NCBI GenBank assembly: GCA_950097015.1
Contig: CATNEN010000038.1
Location: 18,724,001 to 18,788,000 of the forward strand
Length of the DNA: 64,000 nucleotides
Source: Macrostomum hystrix
Taxonomy: Eukaryota; Animalia; Platyhelminthes
Reading direction: 5' to 3'
In this document: one piece after another, positions 1 through 10,653 of the stretch
How positions within the stretch are numbered: the stretch's first letter is position 1
Layout of the letters: each line of letters opens with the position of its first letter
Notes under the pieces: generated by a model
Database searches by the model: none
What the model saw: the letters and a program-made list of their open reading frames with translations, nothing else
What the model was told of the DNA's origin: nothing
Position numbers and translations under genes: made by a program

Positions 1-389
1 ATAGGTGTTAATTGTAGTAGGAGTGGATATGACAGTGCATATGACAAGACATATTGGCGCTAGAAATGTGTGTTTTAGCATATAAAAAAGTAAGAAAAAG
101 CTTCAATTGAAGCTGATTTCGTAGAATTTTCTTGAAAAATCCCATTCTGGCTCCTATTGCTGTTCTCGACTGACCCTCTTATTATGTATATTTTTGTCGC
201 TCAATCTAGAAATCATGCGAAGCAGCAAAAAAATTATTACGTAATCTTTCAAGCGGCCTAGGTGACATGAGTTGAGCTTGACTAATAAAATGTAATGCTA
301 ATATACAAGTAAGTAAAAAAATAAAATATGTTTTACCAACACACCTATCTGTCGGACTTAATGGGTCACTAAATCTACTTCAATAAATT

Positions 390-1200
390 CAATGAGGATT
401 CGGATGAGGGCTGATATCATGATGAGGGCAGGGATTGGGATCAAGATGAGGATTGAGATTGGGATTGGGATTTGTATCAGGAACAGGAATGGAATCAGGA
501 TTTGGATCGGGATCCCGATTTGGATTGCGATCAGGATTTGGATTGGGATTGAGATTTGATTCTGATTGATATCAGGATTGGGATTCGGTTTCGGATTGGG
601 ATTGGGATTGGGATCAGGATTGGGATTCGGTTTCGGATTGGGATTGGGATCAGGATTGGGATCGGGATTTTGATTGCGATCAGGATTGGGATTGCGATTT
701 GGATTTGGATTGGGATCAGGATTGGGATCAGGATTGGGATCAGGATTGGGATTGGGATCAGGATTGGGAACAGGATTGGGATCGGGATTGGGATTGGGAT
801 TTGGATCACGATTGGGATAGGGTTTGGGTTTGGGATTAGTATTGTGATCAGTATTGTGATCAGGATTGGGATCAGGATTGGGATTTGGTTTCGGATCAGG
901 ATTGTGATTGGGATCAGGATTGGGATCGGGATTGTGATTGGGATCAGGATTGGGGTCAGGATTGGGATCAGGATTGGGATTGGGTTTGGGATCAGGATTG
1001 GGATCGGGATTGTGATTGGGATCAGGATTGGGGTCAGGATTGGGATCAGGATTGGGATTGGGTTTGGGATCAGGATTGGGATTGGGATCAGGATTTGGAT
1101 AGGGTTTGCGATTGGGATCAGGATTAGGATAGGGTTTGGTATTGGGATCAGGATTGGGATCAGGATCGGGATTGGGATTGAGATTGAGATTGGGATTGGG
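390..1200. repeat. G-rich hexamer-based tandem repeat (GGGATT/GGATCA variants)
   Basis: Visible (gggatt/gggatc/aggatt)n array starting ~37 bp past the peptidase stop; explains ORFs 358-1203, 531-809, 556-1314 and 885-1127. Confidence 0.95.
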
Positions 1201-1236
1201 CAAGAAAGCAGCAGGATTCCGATCGAGTCAGCCGAA

Positions 1237-3546
1237 CTACCAGAACATGCACTTTCTCTTTGGATTCATCGGCGAACCCTTCGGACAGCCGAAGGCGTCA
1301 GCGAAGTGCGGTGATTGCCGGGCGACCCCCAGAACTCGCCGCCGATTCGAGCTGTGCGTGGCGGCAGAGCTGCCGAAGACCAGTTGGATTGCTTTGACGT
1401 CGGCTTTGGCGCACCAGGACTGCGCCAGCTGAACAAAGAACAGCTGCTTGTTGGTGAGGCCCGAGACAATGCCAGGCAGAGACGGCGCCGCTTCAATGTC
1501 GCCATCCGTGGCCGTCAGCAGACCGCGGTAGGCGGCCGATTCGCCGATGACGTCGGCGACGTCGTTGCTGAGGCTGCCGAAGCCGCCGGAGCTGGAGTCC
1601 GGCAGAGTCAGGTAGTCCTCGTGGACGCACTTCATTCGCTTCAGATAGCCGACCTCGGTGGCCGAGTCCCAGATATGCCCCACGGCGCCGTCCTTGCTGA
1701 GCGTGTGACCGTAGGCGTCGAAGGCGTGCCCGATCTCGTGTCCGGCGATGAAGCCGAGGCCGGCCAGATTGGCGTACACCGGGTAGCCCGGGTGGTACAT
1801 CGGCGGCTGCAGCAGAGCCAGCGGGAAGATCACCCGATTCTCCCTGAAATAATTGTACGCGTTCACCACCAGAGTGTTGAGAGTGGCGAACACAGACGCG
1901 GTGAAGTTCGGCGTCAAAGCCTGCAGGGCGCGCGCCTGATAGGCGCATAGGGCTGCCAGGTAGAGAGAAGCAAAGTCGGCGTCAGTTGTTGAGGCCGCGT
2001 GCCGAGCAATGCACGGAGCGTGCAGCCGTCTGAGCTCCTCCGGCGGTAGTTCGTCAAAGCCGATGGCCTGCCGCACAGCCAGAATCTTCTCGGCCACCTG
2101 CAGGCGACTCTGGACGGACAGCCAGTTGGCTGAATTCTGGGCCGCGTTGGCGGAGGCCGCCTTGACCCAGCCGATCAGATGGTGGACGCTGGAGAAGTCC
2201 TCAGGCAGGTAGGCTAGCCGGTACATGCGCTCGACCAGCGGTTGCAGCAGCCGCCGGCTCAATCGAAGACACTCGCGAGCCACCGCCGCTCCAACCGGAG
2301 GTCGGGAGACGAGGCGGTCATCCTCCGCGACTGTCGGGCCGCTGTCCGCTGCTTCGTCTTGCTTGGCTAGCATTGCCGACAGCTCGGGCGGCAGGAAGAC
2401 TCGAAATCGAAGGAGCCAATCGAATACCAGCAGCGCTTGGACGTCTGATCTTTGTTTGCTGCTGATCTGCGATCGAACTTTTCCGAGCAGTCTCAGCAGC
2501 GACTGCGTCTGCTGGAAGTTCTTCACAAGAACAATGGCATCGTCGTCTAAACTGGCACCGCTCATGGACATCAACTCGTCGAAGAAGATTCCCCAACGGA
2601 AGCCACCGAATGAAGAGTCGTGCTTGAGCTCTCTGACACTTCGAGTCACGTGCTCATCAGTACCGTTCGGCACGCTAGCGATCAGCTGCTGGGTGAGTGG
2701 CACGAGCTGGCTAACAGTCTTGTCTGGTTGCAGGGCAGCTACAAGTGCCGGGCTGAGTCGCATTGTGAGCTGAGAGAGATGCTCCAGAGCACTTGAATGT
2801 ACCCGGCTCCAGATGAGCGCCTCGTTGAAGTTGGCGCCGATGCCAACCCGCGTCTGGTCTCTCGGTGGCGTGCTGGGCTGATGGTCTCGCAGGACACTGT
2901 CGACTAAGGAGTCCGAAACGCTGACGCGAAAGATGCCACCAGCGCCTGAGCTGGCGATGCGAGCCAGCAGCAGCTCGGGCCAGACTTCCGTCTCATTGTC
3001 GAGGTTCATGAGCAAATTTCCTAGCATCGAATCGACGAAAAGTACGGACGAAGCTGTCGAGTCAACGCCAGATCCTGACGAAGCGGGCTGCCACCAAGCC
3101 TGGCACTGACTATAGAATGACTGTGCAAAGCTGTACGCAACCTCCAGTTGCGAGTCTGCAGACGTCGCTGTCGTCGGGATGGTCAACACTTCGTGCAATC
3201 TATCGAGCACTTCGTATCGCATAGCGGTCATTGTCTCGACAAAGTTGACGCCCCGCAGGTTGACGCCGTCCTCCTGGAACTTGTAGTGCGCGTGGCGCGC
3301 AAAGCTGCCGCAGGCGTACTCGTAGAAGTCCTGGCACGGGTCGGCAGTCAGGTTGATGCTCTTCGACATTGAAGCACCGAGGGCTACGCATTCAGGCGTC
3401 TGGCACACCTGCCTGGCCTGCGGCGAGGTTTCCAAGCACCGTCGTGCCATCACAGCTAGGTAAGCAACGGCGCAGCAGCAGATTAACAGGAGCGCTGAAG
3501 TTGCAAGCAGCCCAGCCCGGTAAGTCTTCAGCCGTGTTGACGGCAT
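1237..3546 (-). CDS. Intronless M13-family (neprilysin/endothelin-converting-enzyme-like) type II membrane metallopeptidase, ~769 aa
   Basis: First in-frame ATG at 3546 (the track's 3582 start is TTG). N-terminal TM (LLATSALLLICCCAVAYLAVM), CQTPEC, DPCQDFYEYACG, VNAYN, LQPPMY, GFIAGHEIGHAFD (HExxH), FFVQLAQSWC, THSSNRRRV, FGCPKGSPMNPKRKCMFW are all M13 hallmarks. Confidence 0.95.
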   Translation of the reverse strand: MPSTRLKTYRAGLLATSALLLICCCAVAYLAVMARRCLETSPQARQVCQTPECVALGASMSKSINLTADPCQDFYEYACGSFARHAHYKFQEDGVNLRGVNFVETMTAMRYEVLDRLHEVLTIPTTATSADSQLEVAYSFAQSFYSQCQAWWQPASSGSGVDSTASSVLFVDSMLGNLLMNLDNETEVWPELLLARIASSGAGGIFRVSVSDSLVDSVLRDHQPSTPPRDQTRVGIGANFNEALIWSRVHSSALEHLSQLTMRLSPALVAALQPDKTVSQLVPLTQQLIASVPNGTDEHVTRSVRELKHDSSFGGFRWGIFFDELMSMSGASLDDDAIVLVKNFQQTQSLLRLLGKVRSQISSKQRSDVQALLVFDWLLRFRVFLPPELSAMLAKQDEAADSGPTVAEDDRLVSRPPVGAAVARECLRLSRRLLQPLVERMYRLAYLPEDFSSVHHLIGWVKAASANAAQNSANWLSVQSRLQVAEKILAVRQAIGFDELPPEELRRLHAPCIARHAASTTDADFASLYLAALCAYQARALQALTPNFTASVFATLNTLVVNAYNYFRENRVIFPLALLQPPMYHPGYPVYANLAGLGFIAGHEIGHAFDAYGHTLSKDGAVGHIWDSATEVGYLKRMKCVHEDYLTLPDSSSGGFGSLSNDVADVIGESAAYRGLLTATDGDIEAAPSLPGIVSGLTNKQLFFVQLAQSWCAKADVKAIQLVFGSSAATHSSNRRRVLGVARQSPHFADAFGCPKGSPMNPKRKCMFW

Positions 3547-4005
3547 AGCTGCCTGTGTTGCTAGCCGCTGTGCAAAATACAAATGAGGAAATAGACTGCT
3601 TCACGCAACTTTTACGTTTAGTGGCGTCCATGTAGCCGGTTGCAGCTGGTTGCCTTGGAGGGCAGTTAGGGTTCGGTAAGTGAAGCGCTACGCATTGTGT
3701 ATTATTGCTGGGCCTGGCCCCGTCCTCTTTGAAAAGTTCGAGAATTGGTTGGGGTTGGGATAAACTTCCTTCCAGTCATGGACCAGGCATTCCTAACTGA
3801 TGTATTTCTCCCCCGCGCGCCACAGGGGAGATCAGGCAGCATGTTCTCTAAGAATGTTTCCCCTGCAGCAGTAAGCATCTTTAGTGTGCGCGCTTGTCAG
3901 TGAACGGGTGTACAGGCGCATTGTTAAATGCGTGCATCAACATTTACTAGCAACTTCTGAGGATATCGAAATAAGAATGAAAATCGTAACGTTCGATTTT
4001 GAGCG

Positions 4006-4508
4006 GGTGGGATGAGACACGATGGGATTGGACAGGATGGGATGGGACAGGATGGGACGGGATAGGATGATATAGGACAGGATGGGATGGGACAGGATGG
4101 GATGGGACAGGATGGGATAGGACAGGATGACAAAGGACAGGATGGGATGAGACAGGATAGGATGGGACATTATAGGATTGGACAGGATAGGATGGGACAG
4201 GATGGGATGGGACAGGATAGGATGGGACAGGATGGGATGGGACATGATAGGGTGGGAGAGCATGGGATGGGACTGGATGGGAGTGGACAGGATGGGATGG
4301 GACAGGATAGGATGGGAAATGATAGGATGGGACAGGATGGGATAAAACAGGATGGGATGGGACAGTATGGGATAAAACAGGATGGGATGGGACAGTATGG
4401 GACGGGACAGGATGGGATAAAACAGGATGGGATGGGGCAGTATGGGACGGGACAGGATGGGATAAAACAGGATGGGATGGGACAGTATGGGATAAAACAG
4501 GATGGGAT
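4006..4508. repeat. G-rich pentamer-based tandem repeat (GGATG/GGACA)
   Basis: Visible (ggacaggatgggatg)n array. Confidence 0.95.
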
Positions 4509-5174
4509 CCTGAAGAATACCCTAATTGTGATTGCCTGTCCAATTTCAAGGCCTTCAAAAGCATCTACGCTCGTCATCGGATTGTCAAAATCAATCGAAT
4601 TCATTCAAGCCTAAATTTAGGTCACGCATGAGAGCAGTTTGAACAAGTGGGTCTCTCCCGATACTCGAGGATTTATCGTCTAGATGAAGAACAGTTTCTC
4701 TTGAAATCCTTTACTAGGAATTGTAAACACGGCAGGTCCCACACACGGCAAGTTTTTGCCCTGTGGGAAATTAACTAGATAGAAAGGCATGAGAGCATGA
4801 CATGCTTAAGCGTATATACTCGTATATAAAAGCGGAAATGACATAAAAAAATAAAAAGTGACAGGATTCAATAGACACAGCGCACACACCGGCATGCACA
4901 ACTGTGGGGGTAACACGATACAAAGCTAAGAAAAAAGTGAGTATTTTATGAGAAACAAAGACCAAATCACCATTGCAATAACCGTCGGCTGCCGTTTTCC
5001 CAATTCCACTTTTCAAATCCCATTGAATTGCCAAGGCTTCTCTCTTCAGTAATCTACGAGTAGATGAGAGACTTTTTCTAAAAAACTGGGGGGCAAATGA
5101 GGCTGCGGTCTCAAAGGAGCTCTGAATCATCACCGACTCGCAAACTTCAATTCAGGCATCCGCGAACCCACGGC

Positions 5175-6256
5175 CCGTGTCTCATCTCTCCTGTGTCTCA
5201 TCTCTCCTGTGTCTCATCTCTCCCGTGTCTCATCTCTCTCTCCTGTGTCTCATCTCTCCAGTGTCTTATCTCTCCATGTGTCTCATCTCTCCTGTGTCTC
5301 ATCTCTCTCCCGTGTCTCATCTCTCCTGTGTCTTATCTCTCTCCCGTGTCTCATCTCTCCTGTGTCTCATCTCTCTCCCGTGTCTCATCTCTCCTGTGTC
5401 TCATCTCTCTCCCGTGTCTCATCTCTCCAGTGTCTTATCTCTCCATGTGTCTCATCTCTCCTGTGTCTCATCTCTCTCCCGTGTCTCATCTCTCCTGTGT
5501 CTTATCTCTCTCCCGTGTCTCATCTCTCCTGTGTCTCATCTCTCTCCCGTGTCTCATCTCTCCTGTGTCTCATCTCTCTCCCGTGTCTCATCTCTCCTGT
5601 GTCTCATCTCTCTCCCGTGTCTCATCTCTCCTGTGTCTCATCTCTCCTGTGTCTCATCTCTCATGTGTCTTATCTCTCTCCCGTGTCTCATCTCTCCTGT
5701 GTCTCATCTCTCTCCCGTGTCTCATCTCTCCTGTGTCTCATCTCTCTCCCGTGTCTCATCTCTCCTGTGTCTCATCTCTCCTGTGTCTCATCTCTCTCCC
5801 GTGTCTCATCTCTCCTGTGTCTCATCTCTCTCCCGTGTCTCATCTCTCCCGTGTCTCATCTCTCTCTCCTGTGTCTCATCTCTCCAGTGTCTTATCTCTC
5901 CTGTGTCTCATCTCTCCCGTGTCTCATCTCTCCCGTGTCTCATCTCTCCCCCTGTGTCTCATCTCTCCCGCGTCTCATCTCTTCTGTGTCTCATCTCTCC
6001 ATGTGTCTCATCTCTCTTGTGTCTTATCTCTCTCTCCTGTGTCTCATCTCTCCTGTGTCTCATCTCTCCCGTGTCTCATCTCTCCCGTGTCTCATCTCTC
6101 CCGCGTCTCATCTCTCCTGTGTCTCGTCTCTCCTGTGTCTTATCTCTCCCGTGTCTCATCTCTCCCGTGTCTCATCTCTCCCGTGTCTCATCTCTCTCCC
6201 TGTGTCTCATCTCTCCCGCGTCTCATCTCTTCTGTGTCTCATCTCTCCCATGTCTC
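5175..6256 (-). repeat. 16-bp minisatellite GTGTCTCATCTCTCC(T/C), family A
   Basis: Tandem array; reverse complement of the arrays at 34328-34906 and 60185-61502. Confidence 0.95.
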
Positions 6257-7106
6257 CTTTGTCCTTACTAAACAGAGATACTGTAGATAGCAAAATAGCA
6301 TGAAGTTTTTGTTTTATGACGGATCACAGAAATCTGGAAGTGAGAATCATATTGCTATCCAAGTTAGAGTTCGTTGCTTTAGATTTCTTCGTTTATTAGC
6401 TTTCATAACCTACAAATCTCATTATACTGCTCTAATAGAGGCTGAGTGTGCAGCGAACATGCCTATTTTAAGTATTAATGAATTCTCTACTACCAACAGG
6501 TTTTTTATGCTGTGTAATCGTGTTTTTTTCTCAAACCAGCATTTCATAATGCAGGTAGCGATAACAGTTGTTTAAAGTATTTAAACAAATGCGGGCTTTG
6601 CATAACCAACATTTTTTCTGAGTGCATTTTCTAAAATGATAACGAGAATTGGGATTAATGGGATTAATTTTTTAGGGGAACGCACCGATTTAGACAAAGA
6701 GATTCAGAGACATATCGCACTTCTTACCCGCTCCCCTACTGCACTAAAAATAGATTTATAGCTTATTCACAGTTGTTAAGAATTTGGTATAATTTTTTCA
6801 AACACAAACGGTAATGTTGTGTAGCAACAGCTGTTGCTGCATGCTTTTTCTGCAGTAATCTGTCGCATATCAATATGAGGATCCGGTCCTCTAAACTCCT
6901 AAAGCAGGTGGCTGCGCTGAAATAGGTTTTCCCGCTCCACAAATTACATTTAAGTGTAGTATTAAAGGCATTTTCTTCTTTGTCTACAATATGCATACAA
7001 GGAAATATCTCGGTTCTACTCGCGTTATTTACCTAAGCACTAATCTATATATTCTGCGTCGTTTAATTGTTTTCATCACTTTTTTGCTGTTTTTCTCTTT
7101 CAAACT

Positions 7107-8007
7107 TTCCCTCTCTCCCTCTTCGTCTCTCCACTGTCTCTCTTCGTGTCTCCTCTCTCCCTCTTCGTGTCTCCTCTCTCTTCGTCTCTTCTCTCTTCGT
7201 CTCTCCACTGTCTCTCTTCGTGTCTCCTCTCTCCCTCTTCGTGTCTCCTCTCTCTTCGTGTCTCCTCTCTCTTCGTCTCTTCTCTCTTCGTCTCTTCTCT
7301 CTTCGTCTCTTCTCTCTCTTCATGTCTCCTCTCTCTTCGTGTCTCCTCTCTCTTCGTGTCTCCTCTCTCTTCGTGTCTCCTCTCTCTTCGTCTCTTCTCT
7401 CTCTTCGTGTCTCCTCTCTCTTCGTCTCTTCTCTCTCTTCGTGTCTCCTCTCTCTTCGTCTCTTCTCTCTTCATGTCTCCTCTCTCTTCGTCTCTTCTCT
7501 CTTCATGTCTCCTCTCTCTTCGTCTCTTCTCTCTTCATGTCTCCTCTCTCTTCGTCTCTTCTCTCTCTTCATTTCTCCTCTCTCTTCATCTCTTCTCTCT
7601 CTTTGTCTCTCCTCTCTCTTCGTCTCTTCTCTCTTCATGTCTCCTCTCTCTTCGTGTCTCCTCTCTCTTCGTGTCTCCTCTCTCTTCGTGTCTCCTCTCT
7701 CTTCGTGTCTCCTCTCTCTTCGTGTCTCCTCTCTCTTCGTGTCTCCTCTCTCTTCGTCTCTTCTCTCTCTTCGTGTCTCCTCTCTCTTCGTCTCTTCTCT
7801 CTCTTTGTCTCTCCTCTCTCTTCGTCTCTTCTCTCTTCATGTCTCCTCTCTCTTCGTCTCTTCTCTCTTCATGTCTCCTCTCTCTTCGTCTCTTCTCTCT
7901 CTCCTTCTCTCTCTCCGTCTCTCCGCTCTCTCCATCTCTCTCCGTCTCCCCCCTCTCTCTCCGTCTCTCCCCCTCTCTCTCCGTCTCCCCCCTCTCTCTC
8001 CGTCTCT
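7107..8007. repeat. CT-rich polypyrimidine minisatellite
   Basis: (ctctcttcgtgtctcct)n-type array. Confidence 0.95.
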
Positions 8008-8741
8008 CGGTCTTTTCTTTGAGTATTTGTACCATCATAATGTACTTGCTAGGGTTTTACACAATTGAGCTCTCTCTCTCTTTCCATCGATTTTTATCGG
8101 CATTTAAAACTTTATACTCTAGAGGATTATTGACGAAAAGCTGCAGGATCATAAATTTTGATTGAAGTTTCCTATAAAGGGGAGTTTAGTTTCAGTTGCA
8201 CCTGCAGAAATATTTGCACTGCAGGGTTGCTTTGCTGAAATTCTTATAAGACAGTCTTGTGTGCCGCTGCATTTTGTCTGTGTGTATTTAGTCAGCTTTG
8301 CAAGTGGGACCTGCTAAGGTGTCGCATATAATGCATACACTCTGTGAGTGGCTGTAAGGGGTCATAAATAAGTAGAAACCAATTGCGCGCTTCTTCTCTC
8401 TCGCAGTTGCGTAACTTAAAAGCAAATATACATTCGCAACACAGGCAGCAGTGAGGCCACTTCAATTCCACTTGGGAACCAATGCTACACCCCGCGGAAC
8501 GTGTGGGAATTCGCGAAAAGCTTGCTGAATATGGGATATAGATTACCGGTTCTATGTGTCTTGGTCTTGCAGGTTCAGGGATAAAAATAATAGCAAAATA
8601 GGAGGATTATCAGGACCTATATTTACTAGTCTGCAAACCATTTTACGAGTGACAATAGTTTTATCAGTTATAACTAATCGCTCGTAATGTAATTATAACT
8701 TTATAAGTTTGCAATTGTAAAAAATATCGAAGTGTCCCTTT

Positions 8742-8920
8742 TACTCGTAAAATCCCTCTCGTTAGTAAAATCCTTGTAGCACTCGTTAAATCCCTCCCAC
8801 TCGTTAAATCCCTCTCACTCGTAGAAATCCTATCTCTCGTAAAATCCCTCTCACTCGTTAATCCATCTCACTCGTAAAATCCCTCGCTCTTGTAAAATCC
8901 TTGTCACTCGTAAAATCCCA
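8742..8920. repeat. Degenerate ~18-20 bp tandem repeat CTCGTAAAATCCCTCTCA
   Basis: About 9 imperfect copies; inverted copies at 8641-8655 and ~8952-8973. Confidence 0.7.
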
Positions 8921-10653
8921 TGGGCTTATAAAATCGTCCTAATTTTACTAAGGGGGATTTCACGAGTGCGAGTGTCTACGCATAAATACGCCGGGAGGGG
9001 TTACGGCTTGGCTGCCCCTGACAGAGGACAGAGCTGACACTGACCGGCCAACCCGGCCTTAACCAATCACCGCGCGTATAAGGGCCGAAAAAACCTGGCA
9101 TCCCGGCCAGCCAATCGCAACTCAGACTGAGAGAGAGGGGGAGAATCCGACAATTAAGTAACAATTTATGAGTGACGAAGTATAGAACCATGGAGGTTTA
9201 ACGAATCAGGAATGATCTTACAAGACTTCATACATACGTATGATTTGAGCAATTTATGGTTAATAAAATTCATCTTTCGTCAGTTTCGATTTGAATGCGA
9301 GCGTACGCTAAAATAACTATGGCTCTCATTTTACGAACTTAAAACGAATATAATCCTGCTATTATGCCAGAAAACTGAAAATAAATCACAAAGGAGCAAT
9401 GACAGAATACACAGCTAAATTTCCATGCTAGTTATGCAGCAAATTTGCAGACCGAGTAAGCGCGTAAACAACAGTTAGATCTCTATTCTCTAATCCAGGC
9501 AACAGCAGGCAATGAGAAGCTTTGCACGCTTGACCGAATTGCTATGGTTGCGGGCTAGGAGAATTGGGACCGTGAAGAACAAAGAGACCGTCTTTGTATG
9601 CAGAAAATCGAATGAAGCGCGTCACATCCATTACGTCAGTTTCTTGCTTTACTAAAACCATTAATTTTCTCTTGAACCCCTCATTTCCACTAGGCCTACT
9701 CCCCTCGCTTTGCAGCAAGCCTTTCCTCACTCTTTCCTCTTTGTCACCTCAAAACTCCCACCGGAGTCCCCGTGGTCTTCTTTGGGGTCAAATCCGGTCT
9801 TTATCAGATCGTATCTTCCACAGTTCGCCGCCGCGAAGAGAAGAAAGAGCCGAGCCCAACAATATTTAATAACAGGCGGGGGGCGGCGGTTGGGCAAGGA
9901 TAGAGGGGACAGATTCGTAATCCATGCCATGCTGCCTGTCAGAGGCCTGGTATTTGCTTTTTTATAAGCTTCCTCTTCCACCCCACCACCCCACTCAAAC
10001 CTCATTCATAAAATATTTAGATTCCCCGAGGCAATATAGCTATCTCATGGTTTGTGTATCATTTTTACGAGCTTTCGTTTCGTTATCGATTCAATAAGGA
10101 TTTAAAGCACTTAACAAGACTTAAAGCCTACGAGGAGCGTTTCTGGTGATTTTTATCCGGCCTGTCTTCTTGTTAATGATGCAGATGTCCTGACGCTCGC
10201 CACTCTTAAGTCTCAATAGTTCCCGGGTTAGTCACATTTCGGGGGCAGACTGGGGTGACGCTATTTTTGGGAGGGGTGCGAGTGGGGTGGTGGGTGGTGT
10301 CTTCAAAGATAAGGGGGACCCTCTATCGCATTCCCATTGGCTGCCGAGCGATTTCAATAAAAGACCCATTCAAATCAGACGGATCCATGTACATTTAGAT
10401 GTTCAACAAAAACCCCTCATACGTCACCCCCCGAAATTCCAGCCACCCCTTCTCCTAAAACACACGAAAGGGTTTAAATCGGGACAGACAGACTAGACAG
10501 CCGAGATAGACTGGAATCCAGACACCAGACGCAACACTAGCTAGGCAGTGTGAATTACAAAAGTCACACATTTCAGATCAGACTTAGGGCTTCTATTTGT
10601 GTCATCGAGCCTAAGGAAGATTATTAAATAACAGCTTAAAGCTTAGTAGAAGA

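Noticed and set aside
358-1203. Circumsporozoite-like PNPD ORF, in frame with the peptidase (read-through candidate)
   Set aside because: It is a translation of a hexamer satellite. The peptidase TAG is followed two codons later by TGA, and the ORF starts at TTG.
1315-3391. Several plus-strand and alternate-frame ORFs over the peptidase
   Set aside because: Shadow ORFs of GC-rich coding sequence with no recognisable motifs.
5097-8165. 300-400 aa ORFs in all frames
   Set aside because: Stop-free translations of the 16-bp and CT-rich satellites.
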